A stretch of 64,000 nucleotides of DNA. Source: an uncultured virus (IMG/VR IMGVR_UViG_2788500588_000003). Taxonomy: Duplodnaviria > Heunggongvirae > Uroviricota > Caudoviricetes. Position numbers and translations under genes: made by a program. The stretch lies in the IMG/VR virus record IMGVR_UViG_2788500588_000003. The stretch is one strand, 5' to 3'. Shown here piece after piece: positions 28,483 to 37,695 of this stretch. Position 1 is the first letter of the stretch. The number at the start of each line of letters is the position of its first letter. A model generated the notes under the pieces. That model worked only from the letters and a program-made list of their open reading frames with translations. It did not search any database and had not been told where the DNA came from.

Positions 28483-29742
28483 TTACGCTAAATGCCCACC
28501 AAGTAAGCGATCACGTCCAATAGCTGTACCAGCACTTGTATATGACACGGCTCGTAATAATGCTGTAGCCCCAAATTTATTCCTTATGGCGTCCATGGTA
28601 GGGCCAATTAATTGTCTCTGAGGTTTTCGCTCATCGAATAAATCTAATTGGATACTGTGCTCGCGATCTAGATTGGAAATACGGACAGATAACTGGCGCG
28701 CTGGTTCTCCAGCAAAATGTTCATCGAGTAATTCAATGCAGACTTTATACATTTCAAGTGTTTCATTAGTTGGCACCTTGATTGTTTTAGAACGATGGAA
28801 TCCTTTTGTCATTGCATTACGACTGTATGATAAGCCAAGACTGATGGTGCGGCCAACAAAACCTGCATCCCGTGCTCGTTTCATCACATCCTCGCACATC
28901 TCTAAAAGTACTACTGATATTTCATTACGAGTGTGATAGTCCCTCATCAGCATTTGCCCTTTTCCAAAGCTTAGTGAAGGATTCTTGACTAAAGGTTCAC
29001 CGAGTTTAGACAGATCTATTCCCCATGCGTGATGATACAATTGATTGCCCATAACACCAAACTGCTTTTCTAATTCATCTAAATCAGCATTAGCTAATCC
29101 ACCAACCGTTTGAATGCCCATCTTATTTAGATTAGCTTCCATCTGCTTACCTATGCCCCACATTTCTGACAAAGGTCTTACAGGCCATAACTTTGTTGGT
29201 ACGTCCTCATAAGTCCATTTAGCGAAGCCTGTTTTTTTAGCATCTAAATCCAACGCTAATTTAGCCATTAACATGTTAGGACCCATACCTATAGCACTTT
29301 GTATATTAAATTGATCAAGTATAGCTCGCTGAATTTCTTTGGCAGTTTCTTCAGCTGTGCCCCACAATTTTTCAGTACCTGTTAAATCAACAAAGCTTTC
29401 ATCCACACTATAAACATGTATAGCATCCACAGGTACATAGTTAGCGATAAGTTTTGTGATGGTCATTGACATTTGCAAAAAGAAGCTCATTTTTGGCTCA
29501 AATAGTTTAATGTCAGGATGTTTGGGAATTTCGTAGCGTCGATTCCCTGTTTTAATTTTGAATCGTTCTTTCATGACTGGTGATGCAGCCAGCACCACAC
29601 TACCTGGTTGACTAAAATTGCCGACAACTGCAATTGGGTCCTTTAGTATATCCAACCCCTCTAGCATGGCGATACAGCTGGCATAGAAGCTTTTCATATC
29701 GATACAAATGATTGGTCGATTCGGCATATTCTCGTAGTTCAT
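28483..29742 (-). CDS. Y-family DNA polymerase (UmuC/UvrX-like)
   Basis: CIDMKSFYAS, YSVDESFVD, AKLALD and C-terminal GGH; QLDLF clamp-binding motif. Confidence 0.95.
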   Translation of the reverse strand: MNYENMPNRPIICIDMKSFYASCIAMLEGLDILKDPIAVVGNFSQPGSVVLAASPVMKERFKIKTGNRRYEIPKHPDIKLFEPKMSFFLQMSMTITKLIANYVPVDAIHVYSVDESFVDLTGTEKLWGTAEETAKEIQRAILDQFNIQSAIGMGPNMLMAKLALDLDAKKTGFAKWTYEDVPTKLWPVRPLSEMWGIGKQMEANLNKMGIQTVGGLANADLDELEKQFGVMGNQLYHHAWGIDLSKLGEPLVKNPSLSFGKGQMLMRDYHTRNEISVVLLEMCEDVMKRARDAGFVGRTISLGLSYSRNAMTKGFHRSKTIKVPTNETLEMYKVCIELLDEHFAGEPARQLSVRISNLDREHSIQLDLFDERKPQRQLIGPTMDAIRNKFGATALLRAVSYTSAGTAIGRDRLLGGHLA

Positions 29743-29963
29743 ACAACGCCACGCTCCTTATAAACAACTGGAACAACAGCAAGAACACTACTGATTAAAA
29801 ATGTACGCTTTGTTTGTCTCATGAAACAGAATGCCTGAAATGAATCACCAACGATTTTTATAACCTTAACTCGCCTTTTTGTTATAGACCCATTTTTAGA
29901 TACATACATCATGTTTACTAATTGATTACGCTGCATAGCTTTAACCAGTTGTTCTCTCATCAA
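29739..29963 (-). CDS. Small WYL-like protein heading the SOS cassette
   Basis: MMY.SKNG.ITKR.VKV......FQAFC..RQ.KRTF. Confidence 0.75.
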   Translation of the reverse strand: MMREQLVKAMQRNQLVNMMYVSKNGSITKRRVKVIKIVGDSFQAFCFMRQTKRTFLISSVLAVVPVVYKERGVV

Positions 29964-30009
29964 TGTTTCCTCCTAATACGTGAAATGTTCCCCATTTATA
30001 ATTTATACA

Positions 30010-30047
30010 AGAACACTTGTTTGTATACATAATAGAACAGATGTTTG
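30010..30047. promoter_or_regulatory. Two LexA boxes upstream of the mutagenesis cassette
   Basis: AGAACACTTGTTTG (30010) and AGAACAGATGTTTG (30034). Confidence 0.8.
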
Positions 30048-30103
30048 TATTTTGACAAGATAAAATTTCTGGAAATAAAAAAGGCTATCATATTTGATAA
30101 CCT

Positions 30104-30334
30104 TCAAATTCTTTCTTTGAAATTGACAGCTATAATATTCTCATCTCTTTGGATCATTCTGATTACGTTGTAACCCTGTTCCCTTAAAAGTTTTAGAGCC
30201 ATATCATCTGTTAGTGCATCATGTTCTTCGTGTGTTAAATGCAAGCTTGATAAACCTATAATTGGTACATTGTCAGGCTTACGTTTGAATAGAAATTTAA
30301 CTGGTACAATTATATCGTAATTCATTATCCACAC
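30104..30334 (-). CDS. Hypothetical protein
   Basis: 76-aa ORF with AAGGGG RBS. Confidence 0.5.
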   Translation of the reverse strand: MWIMNYDIIVPVKFLFKRKPDNVPIIGLSSLHLTHEEHDALTDDMALKLLREQGYNVIRMIQRDENIIAVNFKERI

Positions 30335-30408
30335 CCCTTTTTACAGATATTTCTACATATTAAGTTAAATCCCTTCCTAATTTACAGGAAAATAAATGGA
30401 ATATTGTG

Positions 30409-30437
30409 TTGACTATATATACTAGTACTAGTATAAT
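30409..30437 (+). promoter_or_regulatory. SigA promoter with overlapping palindrome
   Basis: TTGACT-17-TATAAT; palindrome ATACTAGTACTAGTAT spans the spacer and -10. Confidence 0.8.
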
Positions 30438-30463
30438 TAAAGTATAGAAAGGAGGTGAACAAA

Positions 30464-30613
30464 GTGGATTATGATAAGGTTTTAGCTTATCTAGTCGCAG
30501 TCGCTACAGTAATTAATTTACTGACAGGCTCAGCAAAAAATATTCAAGACATGCGAACAGGTAAGCAAAATAAAAAGCGACGCCCCTCTACCAAGAAGAA
30601 ACGTCGCAAATAG
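30464..30613 (+). CDS. 49-aa membrane peptide with basic tail (type I toxin-like)
   Basis: MDYDKVLAYLVAVATVINLLTGSAKNIQDMRTGKQNKKRRPSTKKKRRK; AAAGGAGGTG RBS. Confidence 0.75.
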   Translation: MDYDKVLAYLVAVATVINLLTGSAKNIQDMRTGKQNKKRRPSTKKKRRK

Positions 30614-30670
30614 CCAAAGCGAAGGAGGTTAGCCCCTCCTTCCCTATAATCTTATCACATCCATTGTATT

Positions 30671-30844
30671 ATGAAAAATATCGGATATGTAGCTGCTTTT
30701 GCATTCGCTATTTACGCTTTGATTAATATGGTGAATTGGAAACAACCGGGCTTCTTTGATGTATCTATGATTGTCATTTACTCACTTTGTTTGATCTTGG
30801 TCATATTAAATGTTGTAGTGTATTTCAAAAAAAGGAAGGGTTAA
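30671..30844 (+). CDS. 57-aa two-TM membrane peptide
   Basis: MKNIGYVAAFAFAIYALINMVNWKQPGFFDVSMIVIYSLCLILVILNVVVYFKKRKG; no clear RBS. Confidence 0.65.
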   Translation: MKNIGYVAAFAFAIYALINMVNWKQPGFFDVSMIVIYSLCLILVILNVVVYFKKRKG

Positions 30845-30845
30845 A

Positions 30846-31049
30846 ATGGAGAAAAATTCGCAGACTGAAGCTAATAAACGTTGGCAGGAGAAGAACAAAG
30901 AGCGTTCAAAATATATTAGTGCGCGATCAAGGGCACGTAGTTTTATTAAAAATCATGCTTTAGAGGAAGATTTAGACGAGTTTATGGAGTTAATTTTAGA
31001 ACGTAAACAAATATTAAATGAAATCAAAATAGACCAAGACGGCGTTTAG
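30846..31049 (+). CDS. Small putative DNA-binding protein
   Basis: SQTEANKRWQEKNKE...Y..ARS.ARSFI, a recurrent Firmicute prophage protein type. Confidence 0.75.
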   Translation: MEKNSQTEANKRWQEKNKERSKYISARSRARSFIKNHALEEDLDEFMELILERKQILNEIKIDQDGV

Positions 31050-31083
31050 CTGTCTTGGTCATTCTTGTACCTTACAATTCTGA

Positions 31084-31482
31084 TTAAAGTGTTGGAGGAT
31101 TTTGTAAAAAACTAACCCATTTAGTATATGCTTCGATTAAAGATGGTGAGTTAGTTACTGTATCTATGATACCTTTTGATGCATCTATCATGCTTTTAAT
31201 TACTGATTTTTTAGGATTCTCAGCTTCACTTGCATCTTGTGCAGCTTCTACTAATTCTTTCAATTCACTTTTTTCATCACTTTTTAATTCGGAAGCATCA
31301 ATTTCTTTAAACAATTGCATTAATAAGTCTTCTGATACCCCATTATTGTTGTTATTTACTATGTTAGTAGAGTTATCTCCTAAACTAATTGCAGAGTTTG
31401 GTGAACTATTCACTGTAAACTTTCTATTGTCATTATTTACCATGATAAAAACTGAGCTCCCTTCATCTTTTAATAATCCCAT
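31084..31482 (-). CDS. Hypothetical protein, Asn-rich motif plus helical domain
   Basis: NSAISLGDNSTNIVNNNNNG then helical bundle; alternative start at 31443. Confidence 0.7.
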   Translation of the reverse strand: MGLLKDEGSSVFIMVNNDNRKFTVNSSPNSAISLGDNSTNIVNNNNNGVSEDLLMQLFKEIDASELKSDEKSELKELVEAAQDASEAENPKKSVIKSMIDASKGIIDTVTNSPSLIEAYTKWVSFLQNPPTL

Positions 31483-31555
31483 TCTAATTAATTCAGCTAT
31501 GGTCTTATTATTACCTAAACCATTGAATACTCTTGGTTCAATTGGTTCATCTGGA

Positions 31556-31915
31556 TCACTTGGTTCTTTTTTTTAAAGCATCTTTAATAAAATCATTTGT
31601 AAATGAGAATGCTAATAAGAAATTTTCAGGCTCAAAATCATTTTCATCACAAGAATAACAGTCAAAATACTCATCATCAATTGGTTCATTTAGTAAGAAT
31701 TCATCACATTTATGATTATTAGGACAAAGTAAGATTTTTTTTGCTATTACCTCGAAGCCATTTTTACTCATTAAATACTTATATACTTTTTCGTAATAAC
31801 TATCATCCAAATTTAGAGCATATAGTACATTTTCAACAGTAAAATCAATTACAGGTGGAGATTTTGATGCCCATCGACTTAAAATTTCATTTATATCCAA
31901 GTAAGATAAAACCAT
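31556..31915 (-). CDS. Hypothetical zinc-ribbon protein
   Basis: CPNNHKC and CYSC motifs. Confidence 0.75.
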   Translation of the reverse strand: MVLSYLDINEILSRWASKSPPVIDFTVENVLYALNLDDSYYEKVYKYLMSKNGFEVIAKKILLCPNNHKCDEFLLNEPIDDEYFDCYSCDENDFEPENFLLAFSFTNDFIKDALKKRTK

Positions 31916-31937
31916 TCAAAATCCCCCCTAAAATTTA

Positions 31938-32900
31938 CTAAGCTTGTTTAACTTGCTCTTCTGTTGTAGTCAGAACATTACCATTATTGACGATAACCAA
32001 CGTATCTAATACATGGTCCACAACCACTTCTGGAACCGCAGCTGTAAACTTAAAGTAACTAGACTTAATATTAACTTCAAACTTCACTTCTACAACTATA
32101 TTGGTTTTTTGATCAGTATATGAGTAAAAGCATTGAATATCCATGGTATCGTCTGTAGGTAAACCTAATTCTTCAATTGCAGCAGTTATGGATTTAAATT
32201 CCTTATCGTTATCTAAATTTATACTCTTTTTTGCATTAAATTTCAAGCTACCCACAGTTGAAGGTAAGGAAATCTGCTTTGATGCTACACCAGCAGATAA
32301 CAATGCGCACAATTCGTCTGCAGCAGCCCTTGTTAGTTTAGGTACCATGAAGAATTTATATGGTGCCGCAAATCCCATTACTTTCAGGATGTATTCAATA
32401 TATTTCTTGGCATCTTTTGGGGAACAACGAAGTTCAATCAACTCTTCAGGCCCAAAATGAATAACCATAGAAGTAAGAAATGCATATGAAGTTGTTATTG
32501 AATTATAACCCGATTTTCTAGTAGTAACTCGTTCTTCTACTAATTTAATATATACAGAACTACCTTCATGTCTAATTGCACAAATTTTTATTTGCGGGGT
32601 TAGAGGAGGTTGCCATTCTGTGTTTATTTGTGAATTCAATATTATGCCTTCGTTTACAAGGGTACTAATGAATTTTTCAGGCGTTTCGGATTTCTCCGGG
32701 AAATTGGATTCGACTTGGCATATAGATAGATAGTTAGTTGGAAATTTAAATTGCTCATTTAAATATATCAACTCTTCTTCTTTCCCTTTCTGTATTAACT
32801 CTTCTTCAATTTCTTCAGGGAATTTTGATCTTGAAGTAACCTTATTCAATTTTGCAAATTGATTTAAATATTTCTTTGGAATATTATTGAATTTTGCCAT
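31938..32900 (-). CDS. Hypothetical 320-aa protein, first gene of accessory operon
   Basis: Long ORF, own promoter at ~33043-33072. Confidence 0.8.
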   Translation of the reverse strand: MAKFNNIPKKYLNQFAKLNKVTSRSKFPEEIEEELIQKGKEEELIYLNEQFKFPTNYLSICQVESNFPEKSETPEKFISTLVNEGIILNSQINTEWQPPLTPQIKICAIRHEGSSVYIKLVEERVTTRKSGYNSITTSYAFLTSMVIHFGPEELIELRCSPKDAKKYIEYILKVMGFAAPYKFFMVPKLTRAAADELCALLSAGVASKQISLPSTVGSLKFNAKKSINLDNDKEFKSITAAIEELGLPTDDTMDIQCFYSYTDQKTNIVVEVKFEVNIKSSYFKFTAAVPEVVVDHVLDTLVIVNNGNVLTTTEEQVKQA

Positions 32901-32971
32901 TTTATCCTGCCTCTCTTCTTAACAGGTGGCCATAGAATCGACAAATCATCAAAAACATGATATAATCTTAT

Positions 32972-33030
32972 TTAGGATAATTTCTATAGCAACACCAAAG
33001 ATACATTCGGGTAAATGTATCTTTTTTTTA
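32972..33030 (+). ncRNA. Candidate cis-antisense small RNA
   Basis: TCGACA-17-TATAAT with TG extension (32938-32966), then AAAGATACATT/AATGTATCTTT hairpin and T-tract; no ORF. Confidence 0.5.
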
Positions 33031-33147
33031 TTTATTAGAGACATAATACCACTATTTACTTATTTTTAGCAATTTAACCATGTATTTATAATTAAAATCT
33101 AGACCAGATATTTGAAAATATCTGGTCATTTCATTATTTAATAGATT

Positions 33148-33858
33148 TTATCTTTGTGAAATAATGATTTTCAACCCTTCAAAATCTCCAGTTGTTAACA
33201 TACCAGCATCGAATTTATCAAGCCACGTTTTATCAATCTTGCGTTTATCTACGGCCTGTTTAATGTAGTCACGTACAGCAGCTTTAGTTGTCTCGTTTGT
33301 GAATCTCATTGCTTCATCATCCTTTTCGTTTGGTTTTTGTATTTCCATTGGCTTCATTGCTTCTTCAATCCGTTTCAAGAAACTAGTCCAACGTTCTTCT
33401 GCCAATATACGGTGCGGACAATACTTACCGTTCCAGTCCTGATGTTTCTTCACTCGCTCAATGCCCCAGCCATATTGCTTCAATAATTTTGCAATGTACT
33501 GAACTGCATTTTCTTCAGCCATTCCATAACGAACACCACCACTTTTGCTGTAGCAGATTTCTATTCCAATAGAAATACGGTTGCCTTTCTTTGATGCCTT
33601 AGGATCCGAACTACCTCCACCATCTCCACAATGCCAAGCACTTCGGTTGAAAGGAATAGCTTGAATGACTTCTTTATCATCTACAGCAACATGATAAGAT
33701 ACTTGATTATTGTTATTAATCATGTAAGCAATTTCGTTAGCAGCTGGAGCATCATTGGCTGTGTTGTGAACAGTAATATATTGAGGCGCCATGTTGTATG
33801 GCGCCTTGATAGAGTATTTGCTTGAAGGTAATAAGGTCTGCTTAAATGCATATGTCAT
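33148..33858 (-). CDS. Endolysin, N-acetylmuramoyl-L-alanine amidase (XlyA/CwlA-like)
   Basis: YITVHNTAND, AWHCGDG, SIGIEICYSKSGG and KYCPH motifs. Confidence 0.93.
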   Translation of the reverse strand: MTYAFKQTLLPSSKYSIKAPYNMAPQYITVHNTANDAPAANEIAYMINNNNQVSYHVAVDDKEVIQAIPFNRSAWHCGDGGGSSDPKASKKGNRISIGIEICYSKSGGVRYGMAEENAVQYIAKLLKQYGWGIERVKKHQDWNGKYCPHRILAEERWTSFLKRIEEAMKPMEIQKPNEKDDEAMRFTNETTKAAVRDYIKQAVDKRKIDKTWLDKFDAGMLTTGDFEGLKIIISQR

Positions 33859-34262
33859 TTAGCTTTTTCCTCCTTAGCATTAAAGATTTCTAAAGCCTTT
33901 TTTACTGGCGCTGGCATGTCTACACCTAGCTTTGCTGAATTTTCTCCTAAGCTCACTAATTCGTTCAAAATAAACATTAGTACCACGGCATCAGGAATAA
34001 TTTGTCCGATTGAAAAGCCTTGATCTTGTAGTACTAAATAGATTAGATTTGCTACTACAATCCAAACCCACATCATGCCCTTTTTAATGATTCCTTGATA
34101 GCCGCGCTTACTATTAATCGTTCCCCAGTTAGCCGCCATACCTGATAAAAAATCGATTGCATTAAGAATTAGTAATACTGTCATTAATAAGCCCCAACCG
34201 CCTACAAGCCACGATACTACTCCGCCTACTGTGCTAAGTAAAAATTTGAATGATTGTTCCAT
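33855..34262 (-). CDS. Phage holin (holin_4 family)
   Basis: IDFLSG...SKRGYQGIIKK...NELVSLGEN. Confidence 0.9.
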   Translation of the reverse strand: MEQSFKFLLSTVGGVVSWLVGGWGLLMTVLLILNAIDFLSGMAANWGTINSKRGYQGIIKKGMMWVWIVVANLIYLVLQDQGFSIGQIIPDAVVLMFILNELVSLGENSAKLGVDMPAPVKKALEIFNAKEEKAK

Positions 34263-34394
34263 TTATCCACGACCTTTGCCCTTTTTTGTGTAAATAAAAA
34301 GCCATGAGACGCATTGAGATTCAGTATCATGAACCGTTGCCCATCTCGATATTGCTCTCACAGCATAAAGAAACCATAAAAAATAACGCTAAGC

Positions 34395-34589
34395 CTATGC
34401 TTGCGTTTCTGTTTCTGTAGCTGATGTCGGTAACACACTAACTATGATGTGTTTATTAATGATAGCTCCACCGATATTTACAAAATTAATTTTTTGATCA
34501 TTGAGTGTAGCCGTAAATGCAGATGTATCAAACTCCGCATTCGTTAAGTTAATTGCTTGTCCGTTGTTTAGTTGTACTTGATAATCCAT
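34395..34589 (-). CDS. Hypothetical protein
   Basis: 64-aa ORF with AAGGAG RBS. Confidence 0.7.
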   Translation of the reverse strand: MDYQVQLNNGQAINLTNAEFDTSAFTATLNDQKINFVNIGGAIINKHIIVSVLPTSATETETQA

Positions 34590-34614
34590 GATATCAATCT
34601 CCTTTAAAGTTGAA

Positions 34615-36444
34615 TTATGTTAAATCGACATACCCTTGTGTCGTGCCGTTGACTTGCACATATAACCTTTTATTCGAATACGAGATACCTATACCTGATG
34701 AATTAGCACGAGCTAGCCCTGACACTGATGTTGTTTGTGGTACATATAAGGAACCATAAATCGTATTCTGACCATTCATTTCATTGCTAGTACCATTCAG
34801 TCTTACGTTTGATGATGATAATTCAAGGTAACTACCTGTGTACTGGATAACGGAACCTGAACCGAATACAACCGATTTAGAACCACCACCATATTTTCCT
34901 AGATATAAATTATTCCCTACCGTAGCATCAGTGCTAATGTCAATTGTGGCACCTTCTATCCTTCCGGCATAAATCGTCCCTAAGTTCCCACTTATATCAG
35001 AAAGAACACTTACAGCACCAACCAAACTGATTTTAGAAGCCTGAATCGTAATCGTTGTTGATGTTTGATTTATCAATGAGGCTATTGTATTACCGTTGTA
35101 ATCAGTATTACTTACTTTTTGAGTAATCTGGTATGCCTGTTGCGTAATACTACTTTCAGCTGTCCCTAATCTTGAATCAACATTAGACACTCTTGTTGAT
35201 ATTTGACCAACCTCGATAGACAAAGACGATACCTGCGTCTGTGTACTATCCGCCTTTCTTTCAACCTTAGAAACCTCTGCGGTTATGCTGTCAGCTCTGA
35301 TGTTGAGTTGCGCCACCTCGTTAGTAATACGGTTGTTCACGCTCAAGTTAATGTTGTCAGCTTTAATATCAATAGCAGCTATACTTTGATCTATACGCTC
35401 AACTTCTAATCGTATATGTGAGTCAGTTTGAGTAATTGCGGAACGATACTCTTTTATTGATTCGTTTAAGATTTCCTGTGTTTCAGTTAATTCATCTGAT
35501 AATGTTTGAGGTAGAGCATTACCGATCACAACGGCCACAGTCTTAAAATCATCTGTTTCTTCATCGATTACTTGAGTGACCTCTAAAATACGAGTCTGCA
35601 TTTCATAATCCCAGGGCTCGTAAATGAGCCATATACGTTCCCCAAGCTGTTTATCCAGTAACTCTATCGAATCCAACTCAATTGATATTTCTGGTTGATC
35701 TTTTAACGACTTTCGCGCTTTATCCATCAAATTCTCTGAATCTGAAAAACGTTCATCGTTCATGTCATCGGCATCACGAATACCCCATTTAGCAGCCTGT
35801 GGTGACGTGTATCGTACAACTAGATTATCTTTACCTTTAGCACTGATACGCGTCCTTAGATTGTCCGTATTCACTGATTTAGATAGTTCAACGATATTGT
35901 CACCATATTGATAGATGAAATCGTTGTCTGGGCCAAGCATTTTGCTAAAATGGATGTTGCTGTTTGAAGTGATTTCATATTCACATTCAAATGCTTCACA
36001 TATTTGATTTACTAATTTTACGATATTGTCATTACCAAAAGCATCTATAAAGCCATCTTCATTAAAACCACTCGTGAAGGTCCAACCTGTATCACGTAAT
36101 GCAAAGGTGGCAAATTCATTAAAGGTTTTATGCCCTCCGTTGGTGCCCTCTTGCCTGCGCCAGATGTTATCAAAAAAGATATGCTGTGCAAGAACTGACT
36201 TCACATTTCCTCTCGATTTTCGTTGTAGCTGCTTTATCCTAAATTGAAAGCCTCCAGCATCGATGATACTTTCCTCTGTGATCAGTTGAAATGAATGAGG
36301 GTTATCACGTTCACTTGCATCTAAGGTCAGTTCAAATACTCCATCAATGTTTTTTCTTACAACTGGCTTACCTTTGCATACCAAAGCTTCTGTAAGAGTA
36401 CCTTCATAGTTAGTGATTGATAGCATCGCATCACCTTCTTTCAC
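34615..36444 (-). CDS. Tail-associated protein (Tal / prophage endopeptidase tail family)
   Basis: YTSPQAAKWGIR...DERF...LKDQPEISIEL, then coiled coil and beta-helix. Confidence 0.85.
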   Translation of the reverse strand: MKEGDAMLSITNYEGTLTEALVCKGKPVVRKNIDGVFELTLDASERDNPHSFQLITEESIIDAGGFQFRIKQLQRKSRGNVKSVLAQHIFFDNIWRRQEGTNGGHKTFNEFATFALRDTGWTFTSGFNEDGFIDAFGNDNIVKLVNQICEAFECEYEITSNSNIHFSKMLGPDNDFIYQYGDNIVELSKSVNTDNLRTRISAKGKDNLVVRYTSPQAAKWGIRDADDMNDERFSDSENLMDKARKSLKDQPEISIELDSIELLDKQLGERIWLIYEPWDYEMQTRILEVTQVIDEETDDFKTVAVVIGNALPQTLSDELTETQEILNESIKEYRSAITQTDSHIRLEVERIDQSIAAIDIKADNINLSVNNRITNEVAQLNIRADSITAEVSKVERKADSTQTQVSSLSIEVGQISTRVSNVDSRLGTAESSITQQAYQITQKVSNTDYNGNTIASLINQTSTTITIQASKISLVGAVSVLSDISGNLGTIYAGRIEGATIDISTDATVGNNLYLGKYGGGSKSVVFGSGSVIQYTGSYLELSSSNVRLNGTSNEMNGQNTIYGSLYVPQTTSVSGLARANSSGIGISYSNKRLYVQVNGTTQGYVDLT

Positions 36445-36552
36445 AATAAAAATACGCTACTCATTTGAGTAGCGTTTACTGAACAATATGGAACACTTAA
36501 ATTATCAAATGAAAATAGTACTCTTGACTGTTAAATGTTTGCGATTTAAAAA

Positions 36553-37071
36553 TCATCCAATATATTTTCTTATTTCATTTTCAAGATAAGGTTTTACTTG
36601 TTCGATTGTCTCCATAATATTCACATTAACTAAGAAGGTATGATAGGTATCCCTTTGTTTTGGACTATCTCCTTGGAATTCTTCATTCTTCGCCCAAACA
36701 AATTGTATTTCTCCAAATTCTATACCTTCTTCTGGAATGGTAAATGGGAAAGAAAACTTAGGAATTACTTTAGTTGTATGAGATTGGATACACATATAAT
36801 CATGTTTAACTAAATTATAAGCATGTCTTAATCCTCTCAATAATTTTCCGTCTGCATGTCTATTTGTTTTGTGAAAGAAAGTTTCATCGTTCTTCCAAAT
36901 CCACTCTTCTGCAATCATCATCCACTGTAGTGTGTTACCTAACTCATAATATATTTCATTATCTCTTCCAGTTGATAATGCTTCTTTTAATTTGACAAGT
37001 GATTTTGACATAGAAAAATATGTGTTTTCTAAACGTTTTAATGATTCAACTGCTGTAACCATTAGATACAC
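36553..37071 (-). CDS. Hypothetical moron protein
   Basis: AT-rich ORF in tail region; RHAYNLVKH resembles a relaxed HEPN-type R..N...H motif. Confidence 0.65.
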   Translation of the reverse strand: MYLMVTAVESLKRLENTYFSMSKSLVKLKEALSTGRDNEIYYELGNTLQWMMIAEEWIWKNDETFFHKTNRHADGKLLRGLRHAYNLVKHDYMCIQSHTTKVIPKFSFPFTIPEEGIEFGEIQFVWAKNEEFQGDSPKQRDTYHTFLVNVNIMETIEQVKPYLENEIRKYIG

Positions 37072-37191
37072 CCCTAATAGAAATAATATTGCATTCCAAT
37101 AAAAAGTATATCATAAAAGAATAACGCTAAGCCTTTGCTTGCGTTTTCTATGGAACAAATAAGTAATAAACAGACTCCTGTCTTAATAATC

Positions 37192-37533
37192 CTAAATTCT
37201 TAATCTTGGTGGTAATGACACAATAATACTAATTGTTGCACCGTATTGATTCTTACCATTGATATGCAATTTTTCTGCAGATGCGTAAAATTTCAATTCA
37301 TAGTATCTATTAGAAAATAACCCCCCTACTGTATTTTCATATTCATCCCAGAATATACTTACTCCTAAATATCCATCCATCTCATTGTGAGTTAATTTCA
37401 CATCAACATAGTCATCGTAAATTAATTTACCTTCACTTTTACAAACTACATGTAAACTAGAAGTTTTAGATAATGTAAAATAACTGTTATCATCTAGATA
37501 ACTAGAATAAACCTTATATGCTGTATCGCCCAA
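37192..37533 (-). CDS. Hypothetical moron protein
   Basis: AT-rich ORF with GAGGGG RBS. Confidence 0.6.
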   Translation of the reverse strand: MGDTAYKVYSSYLDDNSYFTLSKTSSLHVVCKSEGKLIYDDYVDVKLTHNEMDGYLGVSIFWDEYENTVGGLFSNRYYELKFYASAEKLHINGKNQYGATISIIVSLPPRLRI

Positions 37534-37695
37534 AATAATAAATCCCCTCTATGCATTTTATTACTACCTTAATTCGTCAAATAGTAACTGTTTCCTTCTT
37601 TAGTAGTAAATAAAAATAGCGCTAGTCAACGACTGCATTTATACTCCTTCAGTATTCTAAAATGTAATCCACAACAGCTGTATGGAAATCTTCGG

